From contig JBLNAA010000138.1 of assembly GCA_050259135.1 (NCBI GenBank), positions 5,318 to 69,317 on the forward strand: 64,000 bases of DNA, given 5' to 3'. Origin of the DNA: Methylocystaceae bacterium (GTDB lineage Bacteria > Bacillota > Syntrophomonadia > Syntrophomonadales > JBLNAA01). Position 1 is the stretch's first letter. Each line of letters opens with the position of its first letter. This document shows, one piece after another, positions 18,875-28,103 of this stretch. The position numbers were made by a program, and so were the translations under genes. The notes under the pieces were generated by a model. It was not told the origin of the DNA. It searched no databases and worked only from the letters and a program-made list of their open reading frames with translations.

Positions 18875-19900
18875 ATGGCTGCCGCAGCAGAATCTAAGAG
18901 TAAAAAACTTACCGGCAAACAGAAAGCCTCGAACTTTATGATCTTAATTGGTCCAGAAAAATCGGCGCGGCTATTCAAATATTTGGATGAAGAAGAGATT
19001 GAACAGCTCACACTGGAAATTGCCAATGTCCGGAAAATATCTACTGACAAAATGGACGAGCTGTTTAAAGAATTCTATGAGATGGCACTAGCCAGTTCGT
19101 TTATTGCTCAGGGTGGAATTGATTATGCCAAAGAGGTTTTGGAAAAGGCGTTAGGATCGGACAAGGCTATTGAGATTATTGGCCGGATCTCGGCCTCCTT
19201 AACGGTAAGACCTTTTGATTTTATTAAAAAGACCGAACCAGCACAGATACTCAACTTTATTCAGGGAGAACATCCACAAACCATAGCGTTGATTTTAGCC
19301 TATATGGAAGCTGATAAATCATCGATTATTCTCTCGGCCTTATCACCTGACCGCCAGGCTGATGTAGCACGGAGAATTGCCTTAATGGATACAACTTCGC
19401 CGGAGATTGTAAAGGAAGTCGAAAGAGTCCTGGAGCGTAAATTATCATCGGTCGTACCACAGGAACTTACAATTGCCGGCGGGGTCAAATCAGTGGTAGA
19501 AATTTTAAACCGGGTTGATCGAGGCACAGAAAAAACCATTATGGAAACCTTGGAAGTTCAGGATCCAGAGTTAGCTGAGGAGATCAAGAAACTTATGTTT
19601 GTCTTTGAAGATCTGGTTAACATTGATGACCGGTCAATTCAGCGGCTGTTAAGAGAGGTTGAATCACAGGATCTGTCCATGGCGCTCAAAGGAGCAAGCG
19701 ACGAGGTGTCTCAGAAAATTTACCGGAATATGTCCAAACGTGCTTCCGATATGCTGCGTGAAGATATGGAATTCATGGGGCCGGTTCGGCTTAGAGACGT
19801 GGAAGATGCCCAGCAGCGCATCGTTAATATTATTCGGAAACTAGAGGAAGCTGGCGAGATCGTGGTTGCCCGTGGCGGAGGGGATGAGATCATTGTCTAG
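18875..19900 (+). CDS. fliG: flagellar motor switch protein FliG
   Basis: FliG architecture including the MFVFEDL motif and the C-terminal charged torque helix region. Confidence 0.95.
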   Translation: MAAAAESKSKKLTGKQKASNFMILIGPEKSARLFKYLDEEEIEQLTLEIANVRKISTDKMDELFKEFYEMALASSFIAQGGIDYAKEVLEKALGSDKAIEIIGRISASLTVRPFDFIKKTEPAQILNFIQGEHPQTIALILAYMEADKSSIILSALSPDRQADVARRIALMDTTSPEIVKEVERVLERKLSSVVPQELTIAGGVKSVVEILNRVDRGTEKTIMETLEVQDPELAEEIKKLMFVFEDLVNIDDRSIQRLLREVESQDLSMALKGASDEVSQKIYRNMSKRASDMLREDMEFMGPVRLRDVEDAQQRIVNIIRKLEEAGEIVVARGGGDEIIV

Positions 19901-20738
19901 CATAATAAAGGCCCAACGGTTGGTAGTTGAATCCAACTATACCCTGGTAGGTGAGGAGGTTGGTTTTCTTCTTGATGATGAAGAGGGGGAGACCAACGAA
20001 GATCCCCTTTTGACTGAAGAAGAAGAAATTGAAGTTATTGAAGCCCCCCCCGAACCGACAGCTGAAGAGCAAATAGCAGATTTACGCGAAGAAACCGAAC
20101 GGATATTAAAAGAAACCGAAGAGATGGTTGTAGAAATAATGGAGCGGGCGCGGGGTGAAGCTACTGTATTGATTAGTAACGCCAAAGATGAAGCCCAAGT
20201 GATTATGGCCGATGCTCAGGAAGAGGCTGAAAGAATCAAAGCGTCAGCATTGGACCAGGGGCATCGTGAAGGATTGCAGATTGCCTTTCGGGAAACTGAT
20301 GAGCAAAGGAAGAAAGCTAGACTGGAATCTGAGCAGCTGATTGCGGCCGGGGCCAAGCAAAAATCTGAGCTTATCCAGTCAGCTGAACCGGAGATTGTGA
20401 ACCTGGCTCTGGCAGTAGCTGCAAAGGTTATGGCTCGAGAAATAAAGATCGATCCCACCATAATTTTGGATATTGTGCGCGAAGCATTAAAATTGGCGGG
20501 AGAGGCAAACAATGTCAGGGTTATGGTGAACCCAGATGATGCTGATACTGTTAAATATTTTGTGCCGCAATTGATAGAACCGGATCAAAACCTTGGTGAT
20601 ATCACCATTGAGGGTGATCGAAGAATTGATCAGGGTGGATGCCTGGTCGAGACTGAAAGGGGTATCGTTGATGCCCGAATACAAACCAGGCGTTTCAATG
20701 TTGAAGGTGCGGTAATGGAAGGGTTAAATAATGCCTGA
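19884..20738 (+). CDS. fliH: flagellar assembly protein FliH
   Basis: Glu-rich coiled N-half and FliH C-half, located between fliG and fliI. ATG 19884 follows GGAGGGG. Confidence 0.85.
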   Translation: MRSLSSIIKAQRLVVESNYTLVGEEVGFLLDDEEGETNEDPLLTEEEEIEVIEAPPEPTAEEQIADLREETERILKETEEMVVEIMERARGEATVLISNAKDEAQVIMADAQEEAERIKASALDQGHREGLQIAFRETDEQRKKARLESEQLIAAGAKQKSELIQSAEPEIVNLALAVAAKVMAREIKIDPTIILDIVREALKLAGEANNVRVMVNPDDADTVKYFVPQLIEPDQNLGDITIEGDRRIDQGGCLVETERGIVDARIQTRRFNVEGAVMEGLNNA

Positions 20739-22056
20739 GCCGCAGTTTAATATTGATAAATATCTGCAGATAATTCGAGGAACTAACCCCTTTACCATGC
20801 GGGGACGCATATCTCAGGTAGTTGGACTCACCATAGAATCGCAGGGGCCCCGCGCTGCACTGGGGGAGCTTTGTTACATAAAAAACCCTCATTTTGATAT
20901 GAGTTTGATACCAGCTGAAGTAGTCGGATTTCGTGGTAACCGGACCTTATTAATGCCCTTGGGGGAAATGGAAGGTATTAGTCCCGGGTGTGAGATATTT
21001 GCCACCGGGAAAAAGCTGGAAGTGCATGTCGGCTATGGTATGGTTGGCCGGATTCTTGATGGACTGGGACAGCCAATTGATGAGAAGGAACCTTTGAGTC
21101 GGGAAGCCAGTTATCCCGTATTAAATCGAGCGCCTAATCCACTGGAAAGAAGGCGCATATCCCAGGCCCTGACGGTAGGGGTAAGATCGATTGACGGCCT
21201 GCTTACTATTGGTCAGGGTCAGCGGATGGGCATTTTTGCAGGCAGTGGAGTTGGCAAAAGTACTTTGTTGGGCATGATTGCCCGCAATACCAATGCCGAT
21301 GTTAATGTTATCGGTCTGATTGGCGAACGTGGCCGTGAAGTACGTGAATTTTTAGAGAAGGACCTTGGGGAGGAAGGTTTAAAGCGTTCGGTGGTGGTGG
21401 TAGCGACTTCGGATCAGCCGGCACTGGTACGTATTAAAGGAGCCAATTTGGCAACATCTATAGCTGAGTATTACCGGGATAAAGGACATAACGTTCTTCT
21501 ACTCATGGATTCGCTAACCCGTTTTGCTTTGGCTCAGCGTGAAGTAGGGTTAGCTATTGGTGAACCACCAGCCACCAGGGGATATACACCTTCCGTATTT
21601 GCCAGTCTGCCGCGTTTATTGGAACGGGCTGGTACATCAGCCGTTGGCAGCATTACTGGTCTCTACACAGTTTTGGTAGAGGGCGATGATATGAATGAAC
21701 CAGTTGCGGATGCGGTCAGGGGTATTATCGATGGACACATTGTCTTAAGCCGTGATTTAGCAGCATTAGGTCGCTATCCGGCAGTAGACGTTCTTATGAG
21801 TGTAAGCCGCTGTATGGGTGATGTGGTAACCGATGAACATCTGCAATATGCAACTCGTTTACGAACCATGATGGCGGTATATCAAGAAGCTAAAGATTTA
21901 ATTGAAATAGGGGCATATAAAAAGGGCAGCAATGCCCGGATTGATGAATCTATCGGCTACCATGAGCCAATTGAGCAGTTCCTGCGTCAGGGAGTTTACG
22001 AAAAATCAGATATGAATTTGGTAATAAGTGAATTAGTGCGGATGTTTGGGGACTAA
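20731..22056 (+). CDS. fliI: flagellum-specific ATPase FliI
   Basis: Walker A GSGVGKST, Walker B LLLMDSLTR; F1/T3SS ATPase fold. Confidence 0.95.
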   Translation: MPEPQFNIDKYLQIIRGTNPFTMRGRISQVVGLTIESQGPRAALGELCYIKNPHFDMSLIPAEVVGFRGNRTLLMPLGEMEGISPGCEIFATGKKLEVHVGYGMVGRILDGLGQPIDEKEPLSREASYPVLNRAPNPLERRRISQALTVGVRSIDGLLTIGQGQRMGIFAGSGVGKSTLLGMIARNTNADVNVIGLIGERGREVREFLEKDLGEEGLKRSVVVVATSDQPALVRIKGANLATSIAEYYRDKGHNVLLLMDSLTRFALAQREVGLAIGEPPATRGYTPSVFASLPRLLERAGTSAVGSITGLYTVLVEGDDMNEPVADAVRGIIDGHIVLSRDLAALGRYPAVDVLMSVSRCMGDVVTDEHLQYATRLRTMMAVYQEAKDLIEIGAYKKGSNARIDESIGYHEPIEQFLRQGVYEKSDMNLVISELVRMFGD

Positions 22057-22059
22057 CTA

Positions 22060-22518
22060 ATGAGAAGATTTAAATTCAAACTGGAAACCAAACTGCGGCT
22101 GACCGTACAGGAAGAAAAACAGACCTTATGGGAGTACCGTACCCGGCAATATGAATGGCAGGAACAGCAGAAACATCTTACTGCCTTAGAACAACAGTTG
22201 ATCGATTTGTGGGACTATTATCGGGATATTGTTGTGCACCAAGCTGGGATTCATCAATTAATTGCGGTACAGCAGTTTGTGCCGGTAATTAAAGAACGAA
22301 TAAGCAATCAGCGGGTGAAAGTAAACCAAGCTGCTGAATTAATGCAGGAAGCGGAATCCGCTTATATGTCAAAAAGAGTGGAGCGTAAAACCCTCGATGC
22401 CCTGAAAGACCGCGAACATCAACAATATATGTTGGAATGGCTGCATGAGGAACAAAAAGTTATCGATGAAATTGCGTCAACAGGCGCTGGACGCCGAAAT
22501 TTGACAGGCAGCAGGTGA
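22060..22518 (+). CDS. fliJ: flagellar export chaperone FliJ
   Basis: 152-aa coiled-coil protein starting MRRFKFKLE.., immediately after fliI. Confidence 0.85.
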   Translation: MRRFKFKLETKLRLTVQEEKQTLWEYRTRQYEWQEQQKHLTALEQQLIDLWDYYRDIVVHQAGIHQLIAVQQFVPVIKERISNQRVKVNQAAELMQEAESAYMSKRVERKTLDALKDREHQQYMLEWLHEEQKVIDEIASTGAGRRNLTGSR

Positions 22519-22522
22519 GAGA

Positions 22523-23086
22523 ATGAAACGGGTTGTAAAGTTAATAGCAATACTGCTAATTATTTTTCTCGGTATGGCTGCCGGTTATCTGGGGATGTCA
22601 AAGCTGCGGGGCCAGAAAGTACCAACATTTGTTAATGATATTCCGGTAGTCGGCAAGTATTTGGGTAATCAAGAAACCAAAGCAGAGCTTACACCGATTG
22701 AAAAAGAAAATCAGTCCTTACAGGAACAATTAACTACCAAACAACTACAAATTAAGACCTATCAGGATCGGGTAAAGGCACTCGAATTAGCCCAAAAAGC
22801 GCTGCAAACAGAAAACTCAAGAATTAAACAACAGTTAAAAAAAGTACAGACGGTACAAGCTCAGGATGCCAATCAAGCAGAATTGAATGAAAAATATAAA
22901 GACCTGGCGAAATATTTTGCACCAATGAAACCTAAAGATGCAGCAAAAATTATGCAGCAGAGGCAAATGGATGACGATACTATAATTGGAGTGCTGCAAT
23001 ACCTTGAAAAGGACACGGCGGCCAAGATCCTATCGCTTATGGAGCCGAGTCGGGCGGCAGTGATCTCCAAAAAAATGCTTCAATAA
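22523..23086 (+). CDS. YlxF-like flagellar-operon protein (N-terminal TM, coiled coil, MgtE-N-like C-terminal region)
   Basis: Occupies the position of B. subtilis ylxF. Has a TM helix (LIAILLIIFLGMAAGYLG) and the C-terminal segment KPKDAAKIMQ...AAKILSLMEPSRAAVISKKM. Confidence 0.6.
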   Translation: MKRVVKLIAILLIIFLGMAAGYLGMSKLRGQKVPTFVNDIPVVGKYLGNQETKAELTPIEKENQSLQEQLTTKQLQIKTYQDRVKALELAQKALQTENSRIKQQLKKVQTVQAQDANQAELNEKYKDLAKYFAPMKPKDAAKIMQQRQMDDDTIIGVLQYLEKDTAAKILSLMEPSRAAVISKKMLQ

Positions 23087-23122
23087 CCAATAAACGATGG
23101 TGAAAGGAGGTGAGAAAGAATA

Positions 23123-24850
23123 GTGCAAGCTGTCGTATCGGAGACCATGGTAACATTACCTGGCGGAGCAGGTATCCAAACAGCGCAGCCAGTGACTAGC
23201 AACCAGCCGAGTAAGAATAAGTCCGGTACATTTGAGAGCACCTTGAAAGCCAAAACCGTTAACAGCAAGCAAACCGCAGAAACAACCGAACCCACTGCCA
23301 CCGATACAGATTCGAGCAATGTTGACGCTGCTTTGGCTTTTGGCATTTCAGCATTACCCGGGGGGGGGCTTCTTAATCCGGTTACCAGTGCTGAGACAGA
23401 TCAGTTGGCTGCCGGTTTAATTAAAATAACTGAGCTGCCAGACGGAGATAATCAGCAGACTATTACCGCTGTTGCACCGGAAAGCAGCAAAATTGATCTT
23501 CCCTTTGCTGACGTTTTGGCAAACCAAAAGACTGACTCTGCGCCAGTAATAGCTGCTCCAAGCCAGGCTGCTGATGATCAATTGGTAGCTGCCAATCTAA
23601 ATGTAAGTAATCCGGTCTTAGAGGTGCTGGTACCTGGGGTTGGTCTTGATTCAAATCCTGCCATGGAAAGTATAATTGTGACCGCAATGGAAATGAACCA
23701 ACCGCCCAACCCAAGCCAGTTGGTAACTACGGCAACGATTGACGGTGAAAAGAGTCAGGGGAATAAACAGGTTGTTTATACCGACCAAAAATTAACATCG
23801 GACAATACTGTTGCTGTTGCTGTCTCTCCAGAGGTCTTCCCCAATGCAGAGGTACCGAATAATAATTTTAAGACAGAGCCAGTGGCTCCTGGAACTACCC
23901 GGGTGGTTGACCAGGACATGTCCGCCATGCAATTGCCAGCTGCCCAAGTTGATGCCCAGATAATTCCGCAGGCGGTGGTTTTAGCAGCGGTGGTAAAGCA
24001 GGATAAGACCTTAACCCAAAATTCATCTAACGGCGGGGAACTTCCAGCCAGCAACCAAACCACTCAAAACCCTAAAATGGTTGATAACCAAGCAGCAACC
24101 AAAGCTCAAACCATTAGTAGTCAGGAAACAATACCTTCGATCTTGCCAACTGAGAATGCCGATACTCTGAAAACTAATTTAGCTGCCAATGATAACGGGT
24201 CCGGTCAGTCCACTATGCCAACGGCAGAACTAAATGACTCTGATGACCAATTGGCGATGGGAGAAGGCAGTGAAATTACTGTCGACAGTGGTAGTAAAAC
24301 TGACGCCGCATCAGATTATGCCTTACTTTTTAAGCTGCAGCAAACGGCTCAAAACCGAATCCTGAAAAAAGAGGCAGCCAATCCCCAGGAGAATATTAAA
24401 AATGTAGTACAGCGCCTGGAATTCATGCTTAATGATAATGTTGCTCAGGCGAAAATGGTTTTGAAACCGGAACATTTGGGCCAGCTGACCATTCATATGA
24501 ATGTTCAGGACGGGGTATTGAATGCCAAATTCGTGGTTGATAATCAACAGGCTAAAGCAATGCTGGAAACCAATTTGACAGTATTTCGTCAGCAATTAGA
24601 GCAAAGTGGAGTCCGGGTTGAAAAGGTGGAAGTTACCATCAACCAGCCGGGAAATGATAGCTCCCAATTCTTCAATCAGAGCCAGTATCGTCCGCCGGGG
24701 CAGGGTAGTTACCAACAGTCAGGTATTAATTACTATTCGCGGCAGGATAGCTATGGTTCAGGCGATTATGATTACCCGCCTGAGACGGTCCCGTTGATTG
24801 CCGCAAATTCAAACTCTGTGGGAGCTGATGGTGTTAATTATGTAGTTTAA
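23123..24850 (+). CDS. fliK: flagellar hook-length control protein FliK
   Basis: Q/T/N/P-rich low-complexity 'ruler' followed by a C-terminal Flg_hook-type domain (LKPEHLGQLTIHMNVQDGVLNAKFVVDNQQAKAMLE). GTG start follows AAAGGAGGTG. Confidence 0.85.
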   Translation: MQAVVSETMVTLPGGAGIQTAQPVTSNQPSKNKSGTFESTLKAKTVNSKQTAETTEPTATDTDSSNVDAALAFGISALPGGGLLNPVTSAETDQLAAGLIKITELPDGDNQQTITAVAPESSKIDLPFADVLANQKTDSAPVIAAPSQAADDQLVAANLNVSNPVLEVLVPGVGLDSNPAMESIIVTAMEMNQPPNPSQLVTTATIDGEKSQGNKQVVYTDQKLTSDNTVAVAVSPEVFPNAEVPNNNFKTEPVAPGTTRVVDQDMSAMQLPAAQVDAQIIPQAVVLAAVVKQDKTLTQNSSNGGELPASNQTTQNPKMVDNQAATKAQTISSQETIPSILPTENADTLKTNLAANDNGSGQSTMPTAELNDSDDQLAMGEGSEITVDSGSKTDAASDYALLFKLQQTAQNRILKKEAANPQENIKNVVQRLEFMLNDNVAQAKMVLKPEHLGQLTIHMNVQDGVLNAKFVVDNQQAKAMLETNLTVFRQQLEQSGVRVEKVEVTINQPGNDSSQFFNQSQYRPPGQGSYQQSGINYYSRQDSYGSGDYDYPPETVPLIAANSNSVGADGVNYVV

Positions 24851-24877
24851 AGATTTTACGAAAGGAGGGTAAAATAG

Positions 24878-25357
24878 GTGACCACTAATGTTACTCCTGG
24901 TTCATTTAATACTGCTACTAGTCAGACAACAACTACCACCAAGTCAGCGTCTACTAGTCTAGGCAAAGACGATTTCTTAAAGCTGTTAATAACTGAATTA
25001 CAATATCAGAATCCGCTGGAACCCCTGGAAGATAAGGACTTTATCGGACAAATGGCTAACTTTAGTTCTTTAGAGCAAATGCAGAACCTGAATAAGTCCT
25101 TTGAAAGCCTGGCCAGCAGTAATCAGGACCAAACAAATAGCCTGAGCTTAATCTTAACGCAGTTAATCAGCGGGAACCAACTGCAGCAGGCGGCAGCCTT
25201 AATTGGTAAAGAGGTTGAGTATTCGGTTACTGATGATGCGGGTGGCGTGACGAAAGCTACCGGAAATGTGGAATCAGTTACCAGAGAAAACAATACAGTA
25301 TATCTCAATGTAGACGGCAAGAAGGTAACTCTCAATCAGATTAGTGTTATCAAATAG
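24878..25357 (+). CDS. flgD: flagellar hook assembly/capping protein FlgD
   Basis: LGKDDFLKLLITELQYQNPLEPL motif. GTG start follows GAAAGGAGGG. Confidence 0.9.
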   Translation: MTTNVTPGSFNTATSQTTTTTKSASTSLGKDDFLKLLITELQYQNPLEPLEDKDFIGQMANFSSLEQMQNLNKSFESLASSNQDQTNSLSLILTQLISGNQLQQAAALIGKEVEYSVTDDAGGVTKATGNVESVTRENNTVYLNVDGKKVTLNQISVIK

Positions 25358-25374
25358 GTTAAACAGGTGATCAT

Positions 25375-25767
25375 ATGTCAGAATTTTTTATTACCCGTAA
25401 TGTAACACCAGTCAGGCCATTGACTCCTACTGATCAAGGGCAGTCTAAAACGAAGGAAACCATCAGCACTGGGCCTTCATTTCAACAAGTTTTACAGAAT
25501 CGGCTGCAGGAACAACCAATTAAATTTAGTGCTCATGCGTTGAAACGATTGGAAAACCGGGGCATAGCCTTAAGTAGTGACCAAATGAACAAATTGCAGG
25601 ATGCTGTTAATAGGGTTGATGCCAAAGGTGCCCGTGAGTCATTGGTTTTAATGGATGATGTGGCTATGGTGGTCAGTGTAAAAAACCGAACAGTTATAAC
25701 AGCTGTTGATCGTGAAGGCTTAAAAGACAATATATTCACCAACATCGACAGCGCGGTAATCATTTAA
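25375..25767 (+). CDS. conserved 'flagellar operon protein' (TIGR02530-like small protein found between flgD and flgE in Clostridia)
   Basis: FSAHALKRLENRGI motif, plus size and position. Confidence 0.6.
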   Translation: MSEFFITRNVTPVRPLTPTDQGQSKTKETISTGPSFQQVLQNRLQEQPIKFSAHALKRLENRGIALSSDQMNKLQDAVNRVDAKGARESLVLMDDVAMVVSVKNRTVITAVDREGLKDNIFTNIDSAVII

Positions 25768-25855
25768 GGGCTGGACCTCTTGGAGGAAGCCCTTACAGTG
25801 GTGCTGAATGACGGAAAGCACCAATAATATTTTTGCCAAGGAGGTCAATGATTAT

Positions 25856-27769
25856 ATGCTGCGTTCAATGTATTCAGGTGTGGCCGGATTAAAGGCGCAT
25901 CAGACACGGATGGACGTCATTGGTAATAACATTGCTAATGTTAACACTATTGGTTTTAAAAAGGGTCGGGTCAATTTTTATGATACCCTATATCAGAGTA
26001 TGAAAGGTGCCTCGGCACCGGTCACTAATTGTGGCGGTGTTAATGGGCAATCAGTGGGGTTGGGAACTTCAATTGCCAGTGTTGATACAATTACTACCAC
26101 TGGAGGTACTCAGACCACTAATAAAATGAGTGATTTGATGATTCAGGGTAACGGATACTTCATCCTCCAGGGAACCTCTGGCACTGAAGGTGATCGTTAC
26201 TATACACGGGCCGGAAATTTCGACTTTGATTCTACCGGCAAATTTGTTAGCTCCAGTAATGGCTTACAGGTGGTTGGTTACAATCTTGATCCCACTTCCG
26301 CCACTTTGGCCTTGAAGAACAACCTGGAACCGATTAATGTTAGCTCGGTTAAGAATATAATGGCCAAGGCTACTTCAGCACTTTATCTGGAAGGTAATCT
26401 CAATGCTGAACAGCTAAGCACAGATTTACCCCATCCCATTACCCAAGAAATATATGATTCTTTAGGAAGATCTCAACAGTTATCGATATTATGTTCTAAG
26501 GTGGACTTTACCACTACGGTAACCCCTGCCACTACCGGTACCGATGTGGATACTGCTGGTTTACCACATACATTTACTTGGACTGACGCCACCGGGTACA
26601 ATAATGTAACTGATTATGAGTACACACTGGATGGGGGTAATACCTGGCAGAATTGTACTGCACACCCGCAGCCAGTACCGAATGCCGATTATGCTATTGG
26701 TGCAGTTATGGTGAGGGTTAAAGGTGATTCAGAGACAGGAAGAGGACCCAGTCTTCCGTTAAGGTCAACAGTAGCTTTTACCCATGAAGCAGCTGCGGGT
26801 GAACCAACTGTACCTGGAGGATTGACCATCGATGATACCAATAATACTTTTACTTTTACTAATAATGGTGTTCAAACTAATGCTTCTGATTATCAATACA
26901 GTATTGATGGAGGAGTTAATTGGACATCGTGTACTGGTTATACCCAGTCGGTAGGTGATGTTAATATACCAATCAATGGGTTGAGGGTTAGAGCTAAAGC
27001 TTTGGCCGGCCCAACTCCCCCAGGTATCCAGATAGCAAATGCCACTGCCTTTGCTTCTAAGACTGTACCGCCAAACGAAATAACTCCGGCGGTAACCAGT
27101 AATACTTGGCGTTTAAATATTTCATTGAATGGTAATGTTATAACTCCCGCTTCAGGTACAATTTACGCCGAATTTGACACCCAGGGGCGCTTCGTAGGAG
27201 TTAAGAGTATAAATGGAGGCGCCTGGTCAAGTCTGGCCGATACAGTAAGCCTTACCAATTTGGTATATCCACCACCAGCCAGCGGAGCTTCTGCTGATCT
27301 GGGTAATATAGCCCTTGATTTTTCCGACCTCACTCAATCAGCTCAAGGTAGTTCAGCTTGGGCTGGTAAAGTTGATGCTGATAACCCAGAGGGCAAAGGT
27401 TATAAAGGTGGTGCACTTGATTCCTACACTATCGACCAAAACGGTTTCATTACTGGTAAGTACTCCAATGGGGTTACCCGGGTATTGGCTCGCTTACAAA
27501 CGGCTACGTTTGATAATCCGGCCGGTTTAACCCAGGCGGGACAGAGTATGTATACAGTTTCTAATAACTCAGGTGCAGCACAAACTACCGAGAAAATTGG
27601 TGAGGGCTCTCACAGCGCTATCAGTCCCGGTACTCTGGAAATGTCCAATGTGGATCTGTCTGAAGAGTTTACGAATATGATTACTACTCAGAGAGGTTTC
27701 CAGGCTAACTCCCGTATTATTACTACCTCTGATTCGATGTTAGAGGAATTACTAAGTCTCAAACGTTAG
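25856..27769 (+). CDS. flgE: flagellar hook protein FlgE with a ~200-aa central insertion containing a tandem duplicated module
   Basis: N-terminus MLRSMYSGVAGLKAHQTRMDVIGNNIANVNTIGFK and C-terminus LEMSNVDLSEEFTNMITTQRGFQANSRIITTSDSMLEELL. ATG 25856 follows AAGGAGG; the track start at 25808 is probably too early. Confidence 0.9.
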   Translation: MLRSMYSGVAGLKAHQTRMDVIGNNIANVNTIGFKKGRVNFYDTLYQSMKGASAPVTNCGGVNGQSVGLGTSIASVDTITTTGGTQTTNKMSDLMIQGNGYFILQGTSGTEGDRYYTRAGNFDFDSTGKFVSSSNGLQVVGYNLDPTSATLALKNNLEPINVSSVKNIMAKATSALYLEGNLNAEQLSTDLPHPITQEIYDSLGRSQQLSILCSKVDFTTTVTPATTGTDVDTAGLPHTFTWTDATGYNNVTDYEYTLDGGNTWQNCTAHPQPVPNADYAIGAVMVRVKGDSETGRGPSLPLRSTVAFTHEAAAGEPTVPGGLTIDDTNNTFTFTNNGVQTNASDYQYSIDGGVNWTSCTGYTQSVGDVNIPINGLRVRAKALAGPTPPGIQIANATAFASKTVPPNEITPAVTSNTWRLNISLNGNVITPASGTIYAEFDTQGRFVGVKSINGGAWSSLADTVSLTNLVYPPPASGASADLGNIALDFSDLTQSAQGSSAWAGKVDADNPEGKGYKGGALDSYTIDQNGFITGKYSNGVTRVLARLQTATFDNPAGLTQAGQSMYTVSNNSGAAQTTEKIGEGSHSAISPGTLEMSNVDLSEEFTNMITTQRGFQANSRIITTSDSMLEELLSLKR

Positions 27770-27793
27770 TTTATAGAGACAGCGTGATCACAG

Positions 27794-27819
27794 GGGCGGA
27801 AACCCCCGTGTTTCCGCCC
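27794..27819 (+). promoter_or_regulatory. GC-rich intra-operon stem-loop between flgE and flbD
   Basis: GGGCGGAAAC-CCCCGT-GTTTCCGCCC (10-bp stem). The T-run (TTTT, 27828-27831) lies 8 nt beyond the stem, so this is not a canonical terminator. Confidence 0.5.
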
Positions 27820-27872
27820 TGGGTCATGTTTTAAGCCCGGGGATGCTTTAAAAGAATGGCGGGTGAAGTCAA

Positions 27873-28103
27873 GTGATAAAACTTACCCGATTTAACGGCG
27901 AGCAAATGTGGGTTAATATGGATATTATAGAATGTGTTGAAGAGACCCCGGATACGATTGTTACCTTGACCACAGGGAAAAAGCTGGTGGTTAAAGAATC
28001 AGCTGAGATAATTCGCCAGCAGGTTTTGGAACGGCGCCAGTCGGTATTTGCGCCTTACGATATACAACATCACAGAGAGGTGACGACAGATGCCAGCAGA
28101 TAA
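27873..28103 (+). CDS. flbD: flagellar protein FlbD
   Basis: MIKLTRFNGEQMWVNMDIIECVEETPDTIVTLTTGKKLVVKES is a typical FlbD sequence. Confidence 0.85.
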   Translation: MIKLTRFNGEQMWVNMDIIECVEETPDTIVTLTTGKKLVVKESAEIIRQQVLERRQSVFAPYDIQHHREVTTDASR

